From NCBI GenBank assembly GCA_963924565.1, contig OZ004612.1, positions 9,362,001-9,426,000 of the forward strand: DNA of 64,000 nt, written 5' to 3'. The DNA is from Ascidiella aspersa. Taxonomy: Eukaryota. The position numbers were made by a program, and so were the translations under genes. Under the pieces are notes generated by a model. It ran no database searches. It was not told where the DNA came from and saw nothing but the letters and a program-made list of their open reading frames with translations. Of the stretch, positions 22,918 to 37,974 are shown piece after piece; within the stretch, counting starts at the first letter, position 1, and each line of letters opens with the position of its first letter.

Positions 22918-25900
22918 TTTGCTTTTTGTTTTCGCTTGCGCTTCTGTGAAAGTCTCTGGCGCGTCGGCCGAAAGTCGTATTAGGTCGCGGACAAACTCGA
23001 AGCTAACTCCGATCAGAATAGAAAAATAAATCTGGCAGAAGGTTCTCACTCTATCAAGGCTCAAGTCAACTCTAAGTGCCTTAGCCGTGCGTAGCCTGAT
23101 TTAGCTGGGCTCGGTTTAGCTCCGCTCCGCTGCGCGCCTTTCTCTCTTTTTCTCTCGCCCTCTCTCTTCCTCTATTGCTCGGTAAATAGTACAACCTGTC
23201 GCGCAACGTTTTCAGGTTGTCTTTCTTTCTTTTCGCGTTCTCTCGCTCGGCTGCCGAGCTCTCTCTTTTGCGAAATTCGCCGCCGACTTTCGCGGATAAA
23301 CAAGCTCGGATCCGTTTTCGCTGCTCTGTATACGACGCGACGAGCGGTGCGGTTAAAATTGCCACGGAAAATTACAGGGGTGTCGAAAGGCCTTTTTCGC
23401 AACTGTCTTCGCATTTGTTCTCTTAAAACTGTCACCAGTTTAGCCTATTCCATTGCATATATGAGACATTTCGTTTCAAAGAGACCGCTTTTACTTTTAT
23501 GATTTAGTAGCACACTTTAATGGAATTCCAACCGGAAAACAATCCGCTTATGGAATATTTGCACCCGCGTTAAGAAGTCAAGAATAAAACCGCGACAAAA
23601 TCCCCGGGCGCAAAATAAAGCGGTCGAATGAATAACCAAAAAAAAACTCGGGTCGTGCCAAGTCTTCGTTTCCGTCGCCCAAATTTCTCGGCTAGGGGCT
23701 TTTTCGTGCGTAAAATAACTCAATTAACCCCCCTGAACTGCCAAAGCGTTAAGCAGAGACGCGTAACGCGCCATTTACTTGGAAGGGGTGCTTATTCACA
23801 GCCCAACACGATTTTCTCATATAGTGAATTGCTGGCGGAAACAAGACGACGACCAAATTGACTTGCGTATCGTAATTGGCAATGGCGGCGCAACCTAGTA
23901 GTACTGAAAAAAAAGTAGTACTGAAAAGAGTGCGTGCTTGCATTTTTCAGTTTTCATTCGTCTCCACTCCTAGAACGGACAAAATAGGACTTTGGCCGAG
24001 TGTATGGGCTATAATGTATTTTTTGTTCTCTTGCCAACCGGGGCAGGTCAACTTTATGAAGCCTAGTCATCCTTCAAATTAAGTGCGCTTGCAATTCTTA
24101 AAAACTCGTCATTTAAGCCTAGACAACACTTCCGCTTATAAAATGGTTTCTTTGAGGAATTTAATTAAAATGATCGATTCTATACCATTCGGGATGCGCT
24201 TAACTTCAAATGACATGAATTAAATTTGTTTTAACACATATAATAAAATATCGCAGAGAGAAATAGTTTCTTCGTAGCAGCGTGAAGCCTAATTCTTTTT
24301 TTAATGACCACTTAATATCATTTTGGCTCGTTCGCTTGGATAACGACTACATCCTGCGGATGTACACCAGATGTTAGAGGATTACGCGAATTTTCAAAAC
24401 GGTTCCGGCATTCTGAGTATTTCTCTTGGCCAATGGTCATCAATCGATATTTTAGCCATGGTGGTACAGGTTGTGAAAATAAATCCCCCAGCGCAAAATC
24501 TAACGCGAAAAACAGTTAAATCACGGTCGGAAGGTGTATAGTTTGACAACCACCTGTATACTACATGTGTGACGTTGTATTTACGGGAAAACACCAAGCG
24601 TATACACGACCCAACTCTTCAAAGAGTCAAAAAGCACCAATCTTATCCTCGTCAGCCCAATAGAGCTAAAGACACCGGTATGGGCGCACACGATGTTTAC
24701 ATCCGTTTACAATGATGCTGCTGTTAATTAGGCAAAAGGGTCACGTCAAAACCCCTATACCCATACATCTACAACGGAAACAAGTAAAATCCGGTGCGAC
24801 CGGCGTTTGCTGCTTCTACGTGCCTCAAGTCATGCACCCCTGTACGCCAGCAAGGTCCTTGTCAGCTTTGCAATGACGCCGTATCAACAACGTTGCAAAC
24901 AACAACAAAAGTCCCGCTTTTGCGGTTCCTTGTTTACGTCCTTTGGGCAAACGGTAATTAATCGATCTTGGATCCGGCTCGAAAAGTTTTTTTTCTGTTT
25001 GAAAGATGCGCTTTCATTGGCGCGTCACAACGGAACTTCTCCGTCCGTCTTTGTTACGTGGGTCTAAGGGAGCATTGTTGTCTTGTCTTAAGGCCACCGT
25101 TCATCAGTCATCCCCCAGCTATCATCCGGTTTCGCGCAATCTCCTGAAAATTACCCCCGATTCATCTGATTTGCACACTGTCATAACAATTGGGGTGGCA
25201 AAGCGAAGTACAGGCTACCTTGTTTGTCTCAAGGTACGATTGAAACACAGTAAAGGACAAAGCACGACACACTGCGATACAATGTAGAAGTGTGAATGGT
25301 GCGTGCGAAATATCGCAACAATTCTTAAAAAACAGTCGACTACCGGTTTGAACTCTGTAGTGGATTGAAGTTTGTTCACCGGACCACTTGACAATTGTCA
25401 GTTTATAAAATACATTCATTGTTCTTCAAACCGTAAAAGCAACTTCAGCACAAATTACAACAATAGTTACTCTACATCAAAACAGGTCACAGGGGACATG
25501 CACCTGCTTGCCATCGGATGTGCGTATACTTAGAAAGTGTTTGTTATAGCCTTCTGTAGGTTCGAAATATTTTTCTAAATCTACATAAATGCTATTTAAA
25601 TGGCATTAGCCATCACTCATTTCTCAAAGTTTTATTTCCAAAATGGCATTAGCATTTTTTTTAATTGAATACGAAAATTTGCTCTTCAAGTTTATGTTAA
25701 ATTTAAAGCACGTGCTATAAAAATGTGCCACCACCTATTCCTTTACAAAAAGTCCAACCCAGAGGTATTAAACTGCGGTATATGAAAACTTTGGGGTGCG
25801 TGGATTAGTTTCAGGGGTCATGAAAACCAAATATAAATCTTAGTGTATAATAAAAAATGTAAGTTTTTAAAAGAATATACTTTAATTGAAGAAATAGCTT

Positions 25901-28900
25901 GGCGAATATAATTTGATTGAAGAAATAGCTTTTAACTCTATCCTATTTTACATTATGTGCATTAAAAGCAGCTGGTTTATTTTTTTGTCGCATGACGTCA
26001 AATTATGACGCCAGCTGTAAAAAATCATGCCGACCCTTGTCTGCGCGAACCCAGATATATCCTAAGTGCAAAAAAGAACCCCTGGTCTAACCTATCTTGC
26101 ATTTGACAAATCAGTGGCTGCAAAGTTTTTTAGCAGTTTAGAAAGGCCCCAAAAAGCCGCAGCCGTTACTTGATTACCTTTCAACCGCTTCGAACAAATC
26201 GAAATATTCCGAGTTGTATTCCATGTCGAAATTCTCCATTTCACTCGAATTGCTCAGCGCTAAGTCGGCACAGAATCTACTCAGTTTGAGGCTCCACCAA
26301 CGCAACGAAAAGCGCCTTAAGTAGTTTTCGAGCGAGGTTCGGGGTTCACGCTCGATGCACATGCCGACAAAGTGACGGCAAATTACCGAATTTAGAACGC
26401 CGCAATCGTCCGCGCCAAGTTATGATTCCGGCGCGCACGCTAAAAAGGATCCCCTGCGGTTTGGCGCTCGGAATCGCGCAGGAAAACGGTAAGAAATGCC
26501 GAAAATCGGGAACGATAGAAATTGTCTGCTGCTGCTGTAGCCATGCGTGAAACAAGCGCCTTGCCATTACCAACGAATATAAAAATGCAGGGTTGAAACG
26601 AATTTTTCGAAAATCGAAATAAGATCGTATCGTGAGCTTGCGCGCATTTTTGGAATGCGACGTAAGACACAATTGTAGCGCTATCGCTGCCGACGTGGGA
26701 TCTTAGTTGGCGGCATTGTCAATTTCAAGGCAATCCTGATGTATGCAATGCTTCTATCCTGGGGCATGACGTCAGTAAAACGGCGAAAAACGCATTTTGT
26801 TCGGAGCCAATCGGCAAACATCGCCAGCGGCCATCGCGTCGCGTCGACTTTTGCGTAAAAACAGGTTTTTAAACCTCAGTGGTGACGTCGGCCACCATAG
26901 TCTGTCGTATGACAAACCGCTGTTGTATTTTAAATTGCTAACGAACGGCACTGCGAAGATTAACCACTCGAAACAGTATGTTTTGTGCACACAATGATAA
27001 AAAACTTTTGATTTTTTTTTTGACTGAAATCGTATGTTTTTTTACACAAGATAGAATGTATTTTATTATGTTTAACCGAAACCTCAATAATGTTGCACAC
27101 TATATATTAAAATGCTGTTTCTATTTTCTTTTTGACGTTAAACCGTATGCTTTTTGGCACACAAGGATAAAATCCTATTTATCATATATTTTTAGGCTTT
27201 CAGTGACATTTAATCACACATTAAGGCATTCCAACAGCAAAGGGGACTCCCTGGCGCATTACGAACTGTTGATTTGCAAAAAAACTATATGGCAGCGTTT
27301 GAAGTGGCCTTGTACTTAAATATTTTGCGCGTGCCGAAAGCATCGAGCTTTCAAAAGGCCGCCGACTCCCCTTTTAAACTTTTCCAAGAAGCGGGCCGAG
27401 CAAACATTCTTAACCTCCAGCGTATATACAGGCGCTCTCACAGTATAGCCGTATATAATCGCCGAACATAACTAGATTCACAGAGGTCAATAGCCGTTTC
27501 TAGCCCAACAGCAAGAAACGAACGGAAAGAAGCCGGGACAGGAATGTCCGTCGATGTCCACTTCAGATAATCGCCCGATGCCACTGCCCGCCGCCTCCGT
27601 CCGGAACGGCCGTTCCAATTGGCGCCTTGGCCGACCGCTGGAGCCAGGAAGGCCAGTTGGGCCTAGAGCGCTCCCCGTTAGCGCTAACCTGTGGTTAAGT
27701 ACGTGCTATGCTCTTGAAGAATGAAACAACTCGTAATCTCCGGTCGGTTATTAAATGTAGAACCGGTTTGCGGGTTGTTGTGTTTTTTGTCATTTAAAAC
27801 GCAGAAACTGTACAGATTAGACTGCCGCAGCGAAAAAAAGTACTTTATCGTAACGTCTATTTTAATTTGCGGAATATTGAACGAAAGGTAATCGTGGATA
27901 TTTTTGGCAATCATTAAAGCACTAAAACTTAATTATCGGTAACGTTACCTCGCATTGGCCACCGCTTTTGTGTAACTTCTATTTCGATTTGTGAAACAAA
28001 AGGCCAACCTATTTTCAGGAAATACGTTAAGAAAACACAATTTAAATATTGCTTACACAGCTGCGAGTTTGACATCCAAAAACAGCATTTTTTCCTGGTA
28101 AAGTGACACACCGCTTCTGGCATTAAAAAAAACAGAGAATACACAGGGTATTTTAGCCGGTTATTTGTATTCAGCCAAGAGAACGTGTGTATTGCTTCGT
28201 TAGTTTATAATAGTACATCGGACTGACCCTCATTTCTCGATTTATACGCGAACCCGAGTAACCCTGTGTTATTTTCGATTCGCGCGTCACAGCCACGTAA
28301 GGAAGCGAAAAGATTTTGCTGACAAGAAATCATCCAACGCGATCGAGGACGTTTTCTAGGGCCGATAAGTAAGCTTACAGCACTGTTTTTCAAGCTGGTC
28401 AATACTCTTTTAGACCAAATACATAAAGTATACCCAAGGCCTGCTTTTACGCCTGTGTGCCTGTTTAAGACCTAGAGTGAAAAATGAAACCATTTGCACA
28501 AAAAAAGCGCCACCAAGCTTTTTAATCACATTTTTAACAGATAAAAACTTATCTTGAAGTCAAGTAGGAAATAAATAAGCAATTAATGTCGACCAAATAT
28601 GAATTACATTTCATCTGCAGCTGGTGCCGTAGCTATATTTGTGGAAACCTTTTCTAGTTTTGAAAGGGTCCATATCTAGACGCAATGCTTAGAAAGAAAT
28701 TCTAGGTGTGATTCTGGCGTTTGAACACAACGAAATCTGGTTTCACGAAGTTGGTTTTTAGTTAAACACAGCTTAGCGAACTCTTTATCGCGGCAGTGGG
28801 AGACCAATGTTTGTAAACATCGGCAATTATAATCGCTCGGGGGAATTAAACGTTCTGTTAGGTCAAAGCGCGTAAGGGCTTAAGCAACGATTTTACAAGG

Positions 28901-29852
28901 CTTGTTTTTGCATATTCGAACTTTGTATAAAATCGCTTTCTTCAATTGTCTTGGCATTCATTTTTTTAAGCTTTGCAGCGCTATGGGCAGGAATTTAATA
29001 TCCTACAGACAGATTGCGTCACTATAGTTAACGACGATCTTCGGCTGCTCTTCAGGCATACCAAGCCGACACTCGTTTCCTGTGTTATAGTAAGTATCAT
29101 TCAAATATTTAAAAAGTGTATGTCAGTGTCGGTATCTCTATGTGCGACTGTGTATTTTAAGTGTTGGGCGATGTGTTACAATGTATTTTTACTACCTTAC
29201 CCAAGTTCAGGCCCTTAGGGCTGCACCAGCGCCTTGCGTGCGACTAGGAGCCGAAACCGTTCCTTCTTCGGGCATGGGAGTCGCAAAAATCGACAGGCGC
29301 GCCGCGTTTCTTAACGTGGTGTAACAATGTGGCCGCGGCGCCGCCTTGGCGTCTGCGGCGCGCGCGGGATAAATTTTCCGCGCCGCGCATAGAGTCGTAA
29401 ACAGGATTATAAAACTTAAAACGCCTCGCTCGAGTCTCGTCTGGCCCGGGCGGCAAGAGGAAACCAAACAATCTCCAGCCGCATCTAACGATTCTCCCAA
29501 AAAAGACTCTTTTTTTCGCTTGTTCTCTCTCGGTCGCTCGCCGGAAGCGAAATTTTGAGGAGGTGCCTTTTGGCCGGACGGACTCGCAAACTATTCGTCC
29601 GGTATTCGTGGTTTTAAAACCCGTTTACGCTAGACTGGGCAGCGGGTTAATAATAACTTGGGCGCTTCTGTCTTGCTGGCCCAACTAGGCCCACTGGAAT
29701 TTGTTTTGCAGTCGCCGGAGCGCGGCGTTTGACGTCAGAGCTGCAAGGCGCGCGATCCTGAACGTCAGCGAAGCGAGGCGACCTTCCGTTTGCGCGAGCT
29801 TTCTGCAACTGTTGTGCAATTCGAACTCGCTGCCCAACATTCCAAATTATGC

Positions 29853-30158
29853 CAGGGGTCCTTAATCTTTTTTGCTGTGGATCCCTAGGTTTTTTTTACT
29901 TCGCGTGGACCACGGTGGGCAATAATTTCAAAAACGACGTCACAATAGAAATAGATTTCATAAATCTGTTGATTTCGGTCCAAAAAATGTGAAAGTAAAA
30001 TCTAGTCTAAATCCAGTCTGTACAAAACCTAAATACAGTTGGTACAAAATTTTATTTTTAATTAAACTGATTTCTTTAAAAAATTGATTACTCTATAAAT
30101 GTAAACTAATATTTAAATTATGCATGGATCCCCTAAAACTAGTTCACGGGCCCCAAAG
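29853..30158 (+). mobile_element. Truncated copy of the MITE family at 37635
   Basis: Starts CAGGGGTCCTTAATC and shares 'tgatttcggtccaaaaaatgtgaaagt' and 'ccctaaaact(a/t)gttcac' with 37635-37974. Right TIR absent. Confidence 0.8.
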
Positions 30159-30237
30159 GCGAGCAGGTGTTGATTTAAAATCGGCGTTTACCGAGATCTG
30201 AACAGTTAAAGTGCAAATTTAGTAGATGACAACATAA

Positions 30238-30495
30238 TGTGGGCCGCAGAGCCATTTTTAGTGGGCCGCGAGTTACTTTTGAATAGTTTAGTGTTTTCAT
30301 GTAGTTGTCGGCCGCGTGATAGCCGTACATTCATTGCACTTAGTTTCAAAAATACATGTGGCTTAGAATTTTTTAAATTGGCTCAGCTTGGAACGGCCCA
30401 CGTGCCAAATGTGGTCTTGAGTTTCACGTAATGGGAATTTAACAGCTCTCAAAAGGTTTCTTTGGGCCGCGACAAAAATAGTTTGCCGACCACTG
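30238..30495 (+). mobile_element. Partial copy (opposite orientation) of the MITE family at 56539
   Basis: Ends GTTTGCCGACCACTG. The body matches the reverse complement of 56539-57009, visible as near-identical spurious ORFs MWAAEPFLVGRELLLNSLV / LWAAKPFLVAGELLLNSLV. Confidence 0.85.
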
Positions 30496-33400
30496 ACATA
30501 CCACAATCACATTTAACTTAAAAAATAGTAAAAGTAATTGTAATGTGGCGATAATATGCGGTAAACAGCTTTAGTGTCTGAAGCATTTTTGCATCGAGTT
30601 CGCGACACTGCTAAAAATAATACTAGGATTATACGCTGTATGACTCCAGATTCTAAACACTAAAAACTGCCCTCGGAATCCCAATTTAATTTCTAAAAAC
30701 AGATCATATTGCAACATTTCGACTTGTTTTGTAACACTTTCTTTTTTGAGAAAAGCAGTTTTGAGCTGGGTCCAAGGTCCATGGACAGGCGAGAAACCCC
30801 CGTTCCCAAAAGGTAAAGATTGGGATTGGGATGGGGGTGAGTGGGGGGTAAATGATCCGTTTGACGTCAACCCGTGATACATTGGCCGCAATAGTAGTGC
30901 TAACGTGTAAGTCCCGCCTGGGGGCTTGTATACGCCGGTGTGTTTTGTAAGCGATATATCACATGACTCACACTGACCGTTTGGAAAACTTCGGGGGTTT
31001 TATTGGGCGCTTTCCGGGTCAAATAACACGGGGGAATTTTATCCATTTTTCAGTCTGAATTATGGAATAAGACATTGAGTTGTAGTGCTTGTTTGTTCCA
31101 GCTGAGGTTACTTGTGGCGGTGACAGTGCGCTGAGGAAATCGACACACAACATCCATCGTCTGGTTTTCGGAGGATTAATTGGACGCCGCTCAATGTCCG
31201 AATCCTCCTCAAAGAAGCAAACATACGACGGCGGCAAAGTTGGCAAACTGTCGTGCGCGACACTTCCGAAACCTGGAGGCGTTCACTTCGCCAGTATTTA
31301 GCGCTGTACAATAAAAATCGACAAAAAAAAGCTATTTTTACCTGGTAGATTGACGCAAGACGCAACTCGAGGTTGAATCACCCAACAGGAGGAACACAAC
31401 TTTTCTTTAAGATTCCAAGCGAAGCGCGTTGGTGAATTTTAGCGCATTTCCGAAACGACCGGGGCGTTATATTTCGCTCGGTGTCCGGCTTAGTCTAAGT
31501 TCCATCACGTTACTATCGCATTACCTATAGCGGGACATTTTTGAAGCAAAACAACCGGTTTGAGTTGGGATTGTTACGTCATAAACATACCTCGATTGGC
31601 CTGCGTGAGAGCGACGCAGGCCGCAAGCGCCCGAGCGTAAACGCATCACGTCGACGCGCTCACGTCGAGTGACGCACACGCAGCGACGCATCGCGCAGGT
31701 ATTCGCAAGTAGAGACGCTAAAAACAGGTGCGCCTATTTTTAGCGCTTGCAGTCTTCCTTACGTCGCTTTCACGGAACATTAAAGCTAGTTGTTTTAGCG
31801 AAAAGGTCGCTCCCGAAAAGGCTGCTTGGCGAGCTGGGATTGGCCAAAGAGGCCTGCTGTGTTTGTTTGGTGTTGCTGCAACATGCATCGCTAATCAGAG
31901 CCCGAAGCATATTCTCAACGCCACTCCCCGTGCATCACGTGTATTAGAATAAGGCGCTTATTGTAAGTGCACCAACGCACGATTTACAGCGGTTTTTGTC
32001 TGTGTTTTTTTACGATCCACTGGGCTGTGTAAATGCTTTAGAATCGACTTGTAACGATTTTTCCTTCCCATTTCGTCACATTTCGCCAGTCGATTTAGTT
32101 TGAATTGGTAGAGTGTTTAAAACGTATTAAACGTGATGAAATTTAGCCATCACACGATTTGGGCTATTTGGATCGTTTCGGAAACGGAAATGTGTCATAT
32201 GCGATTCAAATAAGCCGCAAAATTGCCCGATTTATATCTTTATTCCAACGTTCCAGCAACAAAATTTGGCTAGCCGGTTTTGCACAACTCTAAAGGTTTA
32301 GTTTGTGTTCATCGTTTAAATTGTAACGCAAATGGTTGCATAAAGGCACTACATTGTACCAAATCGATTACCAAGCATTAAACCAATATATCGAAGTGAA
32401 ATAGATATGAAGCAAGACCTTTAGAAGGCTTTGTTTGATGCAAACTTGAGAGCCAAATGCATGCTTATGATTAGCAAACTAATTTGGGGTCATACTTCGT
32501 GTGGTTTGTAACACAAGCGGCAGATGTTCTCGAAATTTCGACTACAAGGCAGGGTGCAGCGTATAGGAGGGGCTAATGGGGCTCAAATGGAACCCTTTGT
32601 TTTCACAGCGTAACCAAAGCGATTCGCCGTAAAACGGCAACGTTTTCCAGGCTGGAAAGACAGAGAATCGTGTCGCGAACAATGGCTGGAAAGCCGGTTT
32701 CTATGGAAGAAACTTGGAAACACCGCGACGGTGCACCTACCACTCAAAAGCATTCCTTCCGAATTCTGCAGCCAGCGTGTGACTTTTGATGGGCGATCAA
32801 TGACAAACCCGATGAGGCCCTTTGTTCGACGCGCCAATTTCTTCCTTCCCCGTTTTTAAGGCTACAGGTATCACAATGCGCTGCTGGAGCGTCGCTGCAA
32901 TTCAGCACGCGAGTTATGTAACGGCCAGGTTGTGGAAAACGCTCGCCATATGCCGGTTTTGTGTTGCGCGGGAGCAATACGATATCTGGTCTTGCTCATT
33001 GTTAGACGGCTCTTAGCAGATTTAGAGCAGGGGTAGTCTACACGTCGATTGCGTCGAATTTGTGTTACCTCACAACAGTAGCGCTCGCCCACAAGCGGAA
33101 CATTAAAATGACCTATTGTTGTCTGCACGAGCCTAATAAAGCGTTCTTCGACGAAACACATTGACCTCCATCGCTGGCCTGGAAAGTAATCAACGCTCAG
33201 AATGTTTAATAAGTGTTTTTGTCACTTATTTACGGAACCAGTCGTTCGCTAGTCTCTTAAAATATTTCAGTAGATCGCAATCAAACATAAGTTGGCTACA
33301 CTTGATTAAGAGGACCTTTTGTCGCGCTGCGTTAGCATTGTATCCAACAAACGTTTAAAAGCGTTCGCTGATTATACTCAGGCTCTTGCGTTTCCTGCTT

Positions 33401-34597
33401 AACTGTTTCAGATAAATTTCCCAGGGAGGCTTTTCGTTTGTAAGCGAACACACAATCGCTCTAAATCACGAGTTGCATCAAACCGGCATAAGAATCAGCG
33501 CTGTATGTTAATTCATGCGCGTAGCATTTCCCCCGCCTTCCTATATTCGCTGCCGTAAATTCCGTAAACTGAGTTAATCTCATCGTCGGCAGAATGATGG
33601 CAGTGGTATAGCAGCGACACCATAGAGTTGCTAGTCACGTAGTCAAGCTGCTCTCGGCCGATCTGAATCGCAAAAAGGGGAAATCCACCGAAGCCAGTGT
33701 TTTGGTAAACGACACGCTGGACATCGTATGATTACGATTGGATCTCGCCTCGCCCTTCGCGGTCAAATGAGGGCTGACGGACGAAAACAAAACAGTTCTG
33801 TTTTCCGTCCCGATTCCAACTGCGAAATTTTGGGCGCCGATAGCGAATCGATGACGTCACTGCTGTGGATCGCGGCCGAACATTGGGCGTCTGTTTTGCG
33901 CCCCTAGAATCCTAGATCGCAGCAAGTTATTAGATATAATCACTGGCACTGTGCGAAGGACATGCGCGAGCGGCGAACTTAATGAACAGAGAGGTGTTTG
34001 TGTACGGAAGACTGGGAATTTCTCAATAGCGCCGTCGCTACACCATCAGTTTAATTACCGGCTTGCTAAAACACCGCTGGCACCCTTTTTTGCGCCGTAG
34101 CCAGGCCAAATAATGGCAATACATGACTTGAAAGCAGTGAAAGTGTTAAATTCTAAAAAAACGTATAAAATTGCCTTATATGTTACTTTAGAATGCGGAA
34201 TTCTCTTTTAAAAATGATAAGCTAGCTTTGATTCAGTCACGTAGGCAAATTGCTTTTCGAAAGCCTGTATTCGATCCACAGTAACCGATGTTTAGGCCTG
34301 CAAAATCACCGTAAAGCGAGATGGCTGTTCGAGATTTCGCAGAAAACACTCCTTTCTCAGAACGGCAAACAAGCTCTGGCTGGCACGAGCTCTTAGTGGC
34401 AGCAAAGAGGCATTTACTTTGGTGAGCAATCGCAGGCCGAGGCTAACAAGATGTTGTTTTTCCGACTTAAAACCGTGCTGTTGGCCACGGAGGCTCTCCT
34501 GTCTTTGCGAAGACACCTGGTTCTAACTGCGCCTGCTGGAAATTACTACAGGGATAAAACGAATCCAGTGCGAAAAATGGGAATATAGGCACATGTC

Positions 34598-34910
34598 TTT
34601 CTGTTTGCTATGACTTTTAGTTGAGTTAACCTGTTCAGCGGGTACTGATGAACACAAGGTATAGCGTCCGAAAGGTTAAAAATATCCTTCTTGTTTGTAT
34701 ACCCAAAAATATAGTACAGTACGTTTTTCATCTTCTGATGGATTGGCGTGACACCCATTTTTTTCTTTTCGTTTTGCTATATGAGCTAAGTTAACCACAT
34801 GTTCAGCGTGCAAGAGTCCGAAAAGGTAAAAATATCCTTCTTGTCTATGTACCGAAATATATTGTACCGTACATATCATTTGCCGATGGGTTGGCGTGAC
34901 AGCCAAATTT
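34598..34910. repeat. Diverged tandem duplication (~150-170 bp x2)
   Basis: Both units carry tgttcagcg, gtccgaaa, aaatatccttcttgt and gatgg(a/g)ttggcgtgaca. Confidence 0.8.
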
Positions 34911-37634
34911 GTCGTGACTTATTTAAGCACATCTCGAAAGACTGCCCCGTCGCAACGGTTTCAATCATTCTGACGCCCTCGACCTCATTTCCAAATCCGC
35001 AGAAAGACGAGCGTTGGGCGCGATTTGGCAAGCAGAATTGCGACATCGTGAAATGCTACGTTAACGCGATTAGCATAATTTGAACCCGAACGAGAGTTGG
35101 CGTCCTTTGGCGAGAGTTGGCGTCCCAATTATATTGCCCCGCATAACCTTTTTGGTGTAAGTTAATCGCTTAATAATTCAAGTTTTGATTTACAGCTTAC
35201 AGTCGTGATTAAGCAGTTAGATTTATGGCGTTTTGGAGAAACTGAATCGCACAGGGCCGCAATCGCATATACGGAGCCAATTCGGCGTTATCGTTTGCCA
35301 AATTTGGCAACATTAACTTCTTCCAGTTTTGCCCGGGGCCTATAGTCCTATCTGTAAATCCGGCAATGTTTGGATGCAACAAATGCCTCGACCAGACGAT
35401 TGTGTATGGCTATACGAGAAAATGCATCCGTCTGCTATCTAAATGCGATAAGAAAGTTCCACAAAAGTTTGGAAGAAACGCTCTATTTGCCCCCAGGAAT
35501 ATTTACGCGACCGTGTACAACTGCACGTCTTCCACAATTGCGGTGTGATGACCAAAAACTTATTTTGTTGAATAACTTTGATATGACGTTAGTCCTCATG
35601 GACCAATGACAAGTATATGGGTCTTAGAAAAACATGAATTCGGTTGATATAATATTTTTTGTTTGATATATTATAAGTTTTCGGATTTTATTTTTCATGT
35701 TGAGTTTAGGACTAGGATTACTAAAATCATTTACAAATAAAAAAATATGGCTTCATATTTTTTTCATCTGATAAATTGATCACCTTTTTTAAAAAAACTG
35801 CAACCTATTGTAAGTTTAATGATTCATGTTTTGATACGACATTGACTTTTACACGGAAGAAACATGGCTGGGCAATGTAACTGACTTGTGATGGGCGTCA
35901 ATGATACTGAACGACTTACAAATGAACCTGGACAAAGTAGTAGGAGGGTTTATAGACAGGACATGGTTGTGTCGTCAATTAAATTTAGGTCTGTCGTTTT
36001 TAATTTTCTGTTGTGAGCATTCAAGCGAACGGGATAAATAACAACATGTAACATGACCAACGCTGGTTCAGCAGCAAAACGCCGAAACTTGCAGCATTAA
36101 TTGCTTGACTCGCTCCGGTCCGGACAGCGCCGATTTTCTCGGAAACAACCCGTTGTAATAGGGTGAACGTCTTCTCCATACCCGGCGACGTGTTTTTTCG
36201 GCGAAAAGTCTCGCTCGCCGATATCGGCGGCTTGCTGTTTGTTTGCTGTTAAGCAGCAGCAGAAGTAGAGGCTTATAGCAACCGAAGTTTGCAAACAAAA
36301 CGAGTGGTTTAAAGCTCGTTATCGGGCGGTGGGCCGCGAGGATGTCGAGCCGGTTACCTGCAGATTGCTCCGACCGATAGGGGAAGCGCGACGGCCCCTT
36401 TCCAGCGCCATGTTTGGTCAAATCCGTTCCGAATGCAGCGCGGTGCGGCGTTCACGGTTTACACCGCGGCTGTTTTTGTTTTTTAATGGTAATCGCATCG
36501 CCTTTGCCGAGGAAACAAGCAAACGGTCGTGGTCGCCGCTGCTTTCGTCGAAAGCGCATCGAAAACGTGCCGATGAAAATCAGACTTGTGGTTATCGAAG
36601 AAAACAGCGCGTGGACGATTCTGGACCTTTTCCTAATATAATGCTGGACTCATTTTCTGAACCAAATTGGCTTTGAGCTTATTTAATACCCACAAGCTTA
36701 AATCAATGGCTCAGGACAAGTTAAAAAATGGTCAGGAGCTGCTATTGAAGGGACGCTTTATGCACCAAAATTTGAAACCGATCTTATCTGTAGTCTGCGT
36801 TTATTTACAAGCGCGCTTGTATATCCGGTATTTTTCTCGCAAAGCCCAAAAAATTTCACAAAAATAAACAGCACATTAGTAGGACGAAACAACGGCACAT
36901 GTGTAGGTGGGCTGGATGCGAAAGCCAAAACGTGAAATGATGCAGGTGCTGTCAGAACAGCGGCTGGCACGAATGACATTTTTACAAGTCGTCAAAGCAC
37001 CTTTTAACGTGCACAAAGATTACACGAACGCCGGATAAAAAATGCCACTTAAAAATGCTGTGTTTGAAGCCTCTGTAAGGACTCAGCAGAGAGGCGCTGG
37101 ACTAACTTTTACACAACGCCAAACCAAAGCGCCGTTTATTGGCAAGAACAACAATTCTTATAAGATGACTTAGATAAAAACCCGTGTATAAACTGTTGCC
37201 ATCAGGCATAGTAATATTAATAAAAAAAAAACGCTCCTCTGTTAATTGTAATTCTTTACCAATGTTTCGGCAACCTATGCAATTTGCCTAGGTCAAGGTG
37301 AAAGCCCGTCTTTGCCTAATGAGTGAAAATTTCGGTCCGGCGCCTTTACCGAGAAAGTCCCAGGCAATCGGTTGTGAGCCACGTTACCAACCGCTTTCAC
37401 TTGCGGCCAACTCATCAATTTGCTGACATGAAAAACAATAAGAAAATACGCGGATGTAGACGACCATGCAGGTTGACGCCAAACACCGAGCGAATGTGAC
37501 TTAGTGGTTGCTAGTGTGATCGCTTGAGAGTCAATAGGAGCTGGTAGACAATTAAAAAAGAATTTGACGATATTAAAGTTGCGCCTCGCTAATTTTTTAT
37601 ATTTGAAAGAAAGTGTTCTGCTTATACCATAAAG

Positions 37635-37974
37635 CAGGGGTTCTTGAACATTTTTTACCATGGACCCCTAATTTGTTTTTTGCTCCGCGTGAACCACATT
37701 AGGCAAGACATTTTCAGAGATGACGTCATAAATTCATAATCACAATACAAGTAGACTTCAGAAATCCGCTGATTTCGGTCCAAAAAATGTGAAAGTGAAA
37801 TGGAGTCCAAATACATTCAGTGCAAAACCTTTTTATTTTTAATTCAACTCTTTTCTCTAAAAAAAATGTTTACTTTTAAATATAAACTAATATTTCAATT
37901 GGGCCTTCATGGACCCCCTAAAACTTGTTCACAGACCCTCAATGGGATCATGGACCCCAGTTTAAGAACCCCTG
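37635..37974 (+). mobile_element. hAT (Buster/Charlie-like) MITE
   Basis: TIRs CAGGGGTTCTTGAAC / GTTTAAGAACCCCTG; TSD CCATAAAG / CCTTAAAG with central TA. Confidence 0.9.
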
